Source: Azolla caroliniana (Eukaryota > Plantae > Polypodiophyta). From it: 64,000 nt of DNA. A program made the position numbers and the translations under genes. The first letter of the stretch is position 1. Every line of letters starts with the position of its first letter. This document shows, piece by piece, positions 57,950 through 64,000 of this stretch. Location of the stretch: contig JBHGNT010000015.1 of NCBI GenBank assembly GCA_043228905.1, positions 11,842,001-11,906,000 of the forward strand. Direction: 5' to 3'. The notes under the pieces are model-generated. The model saw only the letters and a program-made list of their open reading frames with translations. It made no database searches and was not told the DNA's origin.

Positions 57950-60573
57950 TGTTACGAAGGCGCTATGGCTCTTATGTGTGCACAACGAATCGTGATGTGT
58001 TGGATCGTTTAGTGCTCAAGACGGAAAGGAAGGGGGAAGGAGACTTACTCTACACAGTCCAAAAGCTTCTATGTCATTACGCGCAGAGCTCAACTTGCCC
58101 TCGTCAGTTTTTCTGTTTTCTGTATTTTCTTCTCTCCTCTACTCTCACTCTTCTTTCTCACTTTTCTACTTACTACACTTACTTTTTACCTAAGTATATA
58201 AGTGACTTATATATGCCGCTAATTAGCTGTCAGTAGCTAAATAGCTATGCATAGCTAAATAACTGTTTCACCTTTATGTCCACTAGTAGCTAATTAGCTA
58301 ATAGCTACTAAAGCTTATTTCTCAATAAGCATCACATACCTTTGTTGAGCTTGTTTCTCAACACTCCCCCTCAGGCTCAACTTATCCTTTCTTGGGATCA
58401 TCTTCAATCTTCTTTTCTTCATGCTTTTCAACTACCATGCCGATGGTTATAACTCCCATCATGTCTCCAAACTATGTATGTTTTTCCATGCTCAATCCCT
58501 TCATAAGAATATCAGCCACTTGCTAACTTGTACTTACATACAACAGATCCACTTCTCCATTAATCACTTTTTCTCTAACAAAGTGATAATGCACTTCAAT
58601 GTGCTTTGTTCTTGCATGGAACACTAGGTTTTTTGCCAGTTGAATGCTGCTCATATTGTCACACCAAATTGTGACTGCACCATCTATATAGTCTCCCAAA
58701 TCAGAAAGCAATCTTCTAATCCATACCTCTTCACAGGTAGCTGTTGCATCTCCTCTATATTCAACTTCAATACTTGATAGTGCAACAGTAGTTTGTTTCT
58801 TGCTACTCCATGAAATAGTTGCACTTCCTAATGTAAACATATATCCACTTGTGGATCTTTTGTCAATTTGGCTTCCAACCCAATCAACATCTGTATATCC
58901 TTCCAACTTTATGTCCAAATCAGCCCTGTAAAATAGTCCATAACTTTGCGTATCTTTTACATACCTCAAAATTCTTCTTATGTAGTCCAAATGTGGCTTT
59001 GTTGGCTGTTGCATAAACTGGCTAACTAATCCAACAACATAACTCAAATCAGGTCTTGTTATGGTCAAATATATGAGGCTACCCACCATAGACCTATACA
59101 TGTTGGTTCCCAAATCAGCCCTCAATTTGCAGTTCTTATCTAGTGGTACACCAATAGGTTTGCATCCAAACATACCATACTTCTTCAACATAGTTGTTGC
59201 ATACTGTTTTTGCAACATATATATACCACTTTCAGATCTGATCATCTCAATCCCAAGAAAGTATCTCAGATCTCCCAAATCATTGATATGAAATTGCATT
59301 TCAAGATTATTTTTCAGCTTGCTTATGTCATCCATGGAATCACCTCCAATGATTAAATCATCAACATAAATCAAAATCACAGCAATGCAATCATTTATCC
59401 TTTTTACATATAATGATGGATCAGCCTTTGACATTTTGAAAGCAAATTTTTTCAGAGATTTTGAAAGTTCTTTATGCCATGCTCTTGATGCCTGTTTCAG
59501 TCCATAGAGAGCCTTTTTCAGCCTACATACATATTATGGATGCTTCTTATCGTCAAAACCTGGTGGTTGACACGTACACTTCTTCTTCCAAGTTACCATG
59601 TAAAAAGACATTTTTTACATCCATATGGTGCAAAACCCATCTTTTGGCTGCACTCACAACAAGTAGTGTTCTCAAGGTTGCAATCTTTGCAACCGGTGCA
59701 AATGTTTCATCATAATCAATTCCATGCATCTGGGCATATCCCTTTGCCACAAGTCTTGCTTTATGTCTACTAACATTTCCATTGGAATCATGCTTTGTCT
59801 TGTAGACCCATTTGCAACCTACAACATTTTTACCTTTCAGTAACTTTACCAAATCCCATGTTCTGTTTTCAGCCAATGCATCTATTTCTTCTTGCATTGC
59901 ATTCACCCATTTCTTATTAGATTTTACTTCATCAAAACTATTTGGATCAGGGATTTGTACCACTTTAGACATGTATGCATAATGCATAGCCATATATGTG
60001 TCATAACCAAATCTTTCAACAATCTTTTTCTCTCTATCTGATCTTCTCAGTTTCTGATTTGCATCCTTCATTGCTTTTTCCATACTAGAGATTTTCAGGG
60101 ATTCTATACCAAGCTCATCATCAAATGATGTATTTGAATCTACATCTTCCATGTTTCTAGATCCATCATCAAGCATTTCATACTCTGGCATCTTCTGTTT
60201 TCCCTTTTTATTATCATATTTGTTGTGTCTTGCATGTTTTCCACTCCATGCATTTGAATCAGATTTACTACCTGAGATTCCAGATGGTCTAGTACATTCC
60301 ATTGATATGGAACTTTGTTGTCCAACATTGTTTCCATCTCCATGGCAATCTCTTCAATTTTCGGATTTTTCTCTGTCTTCATTTTCACAATCTTCATCAA
60401 TTTCTACATTTCCTTTCGAGCTGTACCAGCAACCCAACTCATCAAATATTACAGCACGGCTTACCACAATCTTTTTTGTCACAGGGTTATAGCATCTATA
60501 CCCTTTTTGCTCCTCTGAATATCCAACAAAAACACATTTTTTAGCTTTTGGATCAAGCTTACTTCTCACTTCA
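57950..60573 (-). mobile_element. Copia element N, 3' part; same family as I but decayed
   Basis: LTR 57950-58363 plus PPT; ORFs 58523-59434 and 59553-60302 closely match the 1409-aa ORF. Confidence 0.92.
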
Positions 60574-60642
60574 TGATATGGCAAGACTCGAACCCATGAC
60601 CTTAGGTTATATAGGTCGAGCTCTTGACCATTACATCATCTA
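60574..60642 (-). other. tRNA-like segment (SINE head or LTR end)
   Basis: TGATGTAATGGTC..GGTCATGGGTTCGAGTC with tRNA A/B-box spacing; stems poor. Confidence 0.45.
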
Positions 60643-60713
60643 TTGTAATACATAAGATATTATTTTCATTTACATTTTATTATAGGAAATTAATGTATAT
60701 TCCAGATTTCTCT

Positions 60714-60733
60714 GGAACATTCTAGAAGCTTCA
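60714..60733 (+). promoter_or_regulatory. Four-unit heat-shock element
   Basis: gGAAcaTTCtaGAAgcTTCa, ~20 bp upstream of TATAAAA. Confidence 0.75.
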
Positions 60734-61081
60734 GGATTACTCCTGAGAACACTATAAAAGATGGCACTAGGCATTATGTTGAACCAAATTGGTTCAACGC
60801 CAATCTTTAGCCTCATAGCCCTTTTGTACTTACTCTTCTTATAATATATAATCTGTTATCATCGTCTCTCTCTCTCTCGTCCTCGCTATCTCTCTCTCTC
60901 CTCTTCTCTCTTCCTCTCTTGGGAGTCTTACACAATTCCTTCCTCTTAGTACTAATAGTACTTCCCTTCTCTAGTACTAATTCTCTCTCTGTTTAGTACT
61001 ATTCCTGACAGTTTGAACCAATTTTCCCTTCTGTCTCTCTCCCTTCATACTAATCTCTTATTCCTCTTTTCTTTTCATCCC

Positions 61082-62233
61082 ATGGCCATTGTTAGTGCTC
61101 AGGAATATCAATCTGTTTTCTCAAAGTTTCAATGCTGGAAAGAGAAGTTCCTTGCTTTGGAACAAGAAAATCAACGGTTGTTGGGGGATCTTCAACAAAT
61201 CTCCTTAGAAAAGCAGCAAACGCAACAACAACATGGGGAACTTGCATTACGTGTGCAACAACTCGAAGCAACCATCGTAGCGATGCAACAACAAGGCCCC
61301 GGAACACAAGGGATTCATAAGGAACCCAAGATTGGCCTTCCCACGAAGTTCGATGGAACACGATCGCAGTTTAGAGGGTTCCTTAATCAGGTACGATTAG
61401 TTATTCAAATGCATCCTTCCCGATATCCTACAGATGCATCATGAGTGGGTTTAGTAGGGACGTTGTTAAGTGGCTCAGCGTTGGCATGGTTCGCTCCATT
61501 GTTGGAAAATGAGTCTCCATTACTCAACAACTTTGAAGAGTTTATAGGTGAGTTTAAGGCATGCTTTGGAGATACTGACAGCATAAGGACTGCAATCAAC
61601 AAAATCCGGCAATTACGCCATGGAGACCGTCCAGCCTCCGCATACGCTGCAGATTTCCGCCTACTCGCTACTGACATCCCTTGGGATGATCAAGCGTTGA
61701 TGGAGCAATTTTGTTATGGTTTACGCAACGATGTCAAGGATTTACTCTTGACCTTCCCTGAAGAGCCAAAGTCCTTAACAGAAGCAATCAGTCGCGTAGT
61801 GAGATGTGACAACCACCTCTTTGAGCGACGTTTGAAACGACAGCTACAGATGCCGAGGGCAAGATCAAAGCCCACCTACGCCTCAATGGTAGCAAAACCT
61901 TTACTGAGGGAGTACTATAATGTGCCTCCAGTGAATACTCCGACTCCGATGGAGATTGACACTACACGTCGTCGAGGGCCATTATCCGAAGAAGAAAAGC
62001 AACAACGCCGAACAAATCGACTATGTCTCTATTGCGGTGGACCAGGACACATTGCAATAAATTGTCCCCATAGGCCAAGAAGACATGTAAACCAAATAGT
62101 TGCTAGTTCTAATTGTACTAAACCCGAGCTTATTACAGTAGGGATATCTGATAGTACTAATAGTACTAATAGCCTAGATCTAGCGAACAAATTTGATTTC
62201 CTTAGTCAGTTAGAAGAAGAGTTAAACGACTAA
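61082..62233 (+). pseudogene. gag: gag of element O (one internal TGA at ~61442)
   Basis: ORFs 61013-61444 and 61445-62233 in the same frame. Confidence 0.9.
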
Positions 62234-62265
62234 GTCCAGCCAAAATAGGAGCCGTTTGGTTGGAC
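62221..62265 (+). promoter_or_regulatory. -1 ribosomal frameshift signal
   Basis: G TTA AAC, 6-nt spacer, 11-bp stem GTCCAGCCAAA/TTTGGTTGGAC; pol is in the -1 frame. Confidence 0.75.
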
Positions 62266-64000
62266 AACCCTAGATTTGTGCAGCCCATTAGTGGTTTCAT
62301 TCCCTCTAAGCAAGTTCGCAAGGTGTTCGTAGCCCAAGTAACAATTAGTACTAAAAGTACCCCTCCAATACACGTCTTAGCACTTCTAGACTCCGGAGCT
62401 AATTCTTGCTTTATGGATAGGAATTTTGCCCAAGCTCATCAGATATCTCTTAGAAAACTCTCGTGTCCAGCCTTTGTAGTCGTCATTGATGGTTGTCCCA
62501 TTGCTTCCGGAAATATCATAGAAGAGTCAGAACCCGTTAATATTGTCCTAGATAGCTTAGCATGTGTAGTATCATTTAACATTATTAGTATCCCAAAACA
62601 TCCCATCGTTTTGGGATTACCATGGTTCGAGTTACATAACCCAAACATAAATTGGAGAACAAGAGAAATCTGGTGTCGACAAACCCGAGGATCTACTCAG
62701 AAGATTGCCACCATTTCACTACATCAGTTGCGGGAAGAAGGACGCAAGGAAGAAATGTTTCTCTTTGCAATATCACTAAAACCCTCCGACACCATTAAAG
62801 AGGAGTCCACCGTTCAGCTTCCAAAGAAGTATCATCATTATGTCGATGTATTCGATAAAGTACGAGCCAATACACTTCCTCGCCATCGACCATATGATTG
62901 CCCCATCAATTTACAACCGGGGAAAGAGCCACCATGGGGACCGATCTACAATTTGTCTCCAACCGAGCTAGAAGTCCTTCGAGCCTATATAAAGGAGAAT
63001 TTGGAGAATGGATTCATTCGACATTCGAAATCTCTAGCCGGCGCACCCATTTTCTTCGTCAAGAAAAAGGATGGCTCACTTCGTCTGGTGGTAGATTACC
63101 ATAGCTTGAATAAAGTTACAATCCGCAATAGGTATGCACTTCCCCTTATCTCAAGTCTTTTAGAACGGATCAATGGTGCCAGGTTCTTCACAAAGATCGA
63201 CTTACGGGGGGGGGGGGGGGGGCTATAACCTCGTACAGATCCGACCAGGAGATGAATGGAAGACCGTGTTCCGCACTAGATATGGGCACTTCGAGTATAC
63301 GGTCATGCCGTTCGGCCTCACTAATGCGCCAGCAGTCTTCCAGCACATGGCAAAATGATATATTCCGAGATCTCTTGGATGTGTGTCTGATCATCTACTT
63401 GGATGATCTACTGGTTTATTCAAAGACCGAAGAAGAGCATGATTCTCATGTACTGTTAGTACTAAAACAACTTCGAGAACATGGTCTTTACGCAAAGCTA
63501 GAAAAATGTAGTTTCGGGTGCAACCAGGTGGAATTTCTCGGCTACATCATTTCATCAGAAGGCATCTCCATGGACCCAGCTAAGGTCAAGACGGTGGTAG
63601 AATGGCAGACTCCGCGCTCGATGCGGGATGTGCAACGCTTTTTAGGCTTTGCCAATTTTTACCGGAAGTTTATACAAGATTACTCAAAGCTCGTTCTGCC
63701 TCTCACACAGCTTACCAAGAAGGGACAATTGTTCGTTTGGTCTGAAGAAGTAGATATGGCTTTCGAGAGTCTTAAAAAGACATTTACATCGGCTCCAATT
63801 CTAGGTCATGTCGATCCGGAAAAACCATTCATTATCGAAGCTAATGCATCGGATTTTGCATTGGGGAGCATTCTGTCACAACGGGGTAATGATGAGAAGC
63901 TACATCCTGTGGCTTTTCACTCACACAAGTTTGACGCTGCCGAAATCAACTACGAAATTCATGCTAAGGAGCTATTGCCAATAGTGGACTCGTTTATGCA
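62228..64000 (+). pseudogene. pol: pol of element O (PR, RT, RNaseH start), frameshifted at a G17 run and near 63355
   Basis: ORF 62260-63228; [28 protein letters not shown]. Confidence 0.9.

Larger units (their letters stand above)
60644..64000 (+). mobile_element. Gypsy element O (chromovirus/Tcn1-sushi-like), 5' LTR 60644-60932; runs off the window
   Basis: TGTAA..TTACA; gag EPKIGLPTKFDGTR..CLYCGGPGHIAINC; protease [10 protein letters not shown]; RT YLDDLL; start of RNaseH. Confidence 0.92.

Noticed and set aside
63206-63222. G17 run as a functional G-quadruplex or recoding site
   Set aside because: It falls in the conserved DLRGAY RT motif and breaks the frame; homopolymer expansion or sequencing error is more likely.

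Overview
This window is a gene-free nest of eukaryotic transposable elements. The element types suggest a non-seed land plant such as a fern, lycophyte or bryophyte (inference). I see no cellular protein gene, rRNA, intact tRNA or CRISPR array. It holds about a dozen Ty1/copia LTR elements or fragments, nested up to four deep and resolvable by 5-bp TSDs; one is nearly intact (37582-42931). It also holds five Ty3/gypsy pieces, three solo LTRs, hAT-type pieces, a SINE and three 5'-truncated LINEs. Best leads: (1) the three RTEX-like LINE copies all sit, independently and in the same orientation, in the (GA)n microsatellite of copia LTRs; (2) a Penelope-like element remnant with a TATA box followed by a minimal type-I hammerhead ribozyme (33942-33991, minus strand); (3) a stem-loop with compensatory changes that encloses the PPT/3'-LTR junction in most copia copies, several of which also have a second PPT and a C-terminal Pol extension; (4) a chromovirus-like gypsy with a perfect four-unit heat-shock element and a -1 frameshift signal. 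Element letters (A-O) are my own labels. All coordinates were read by eye and may be off by a few bases.
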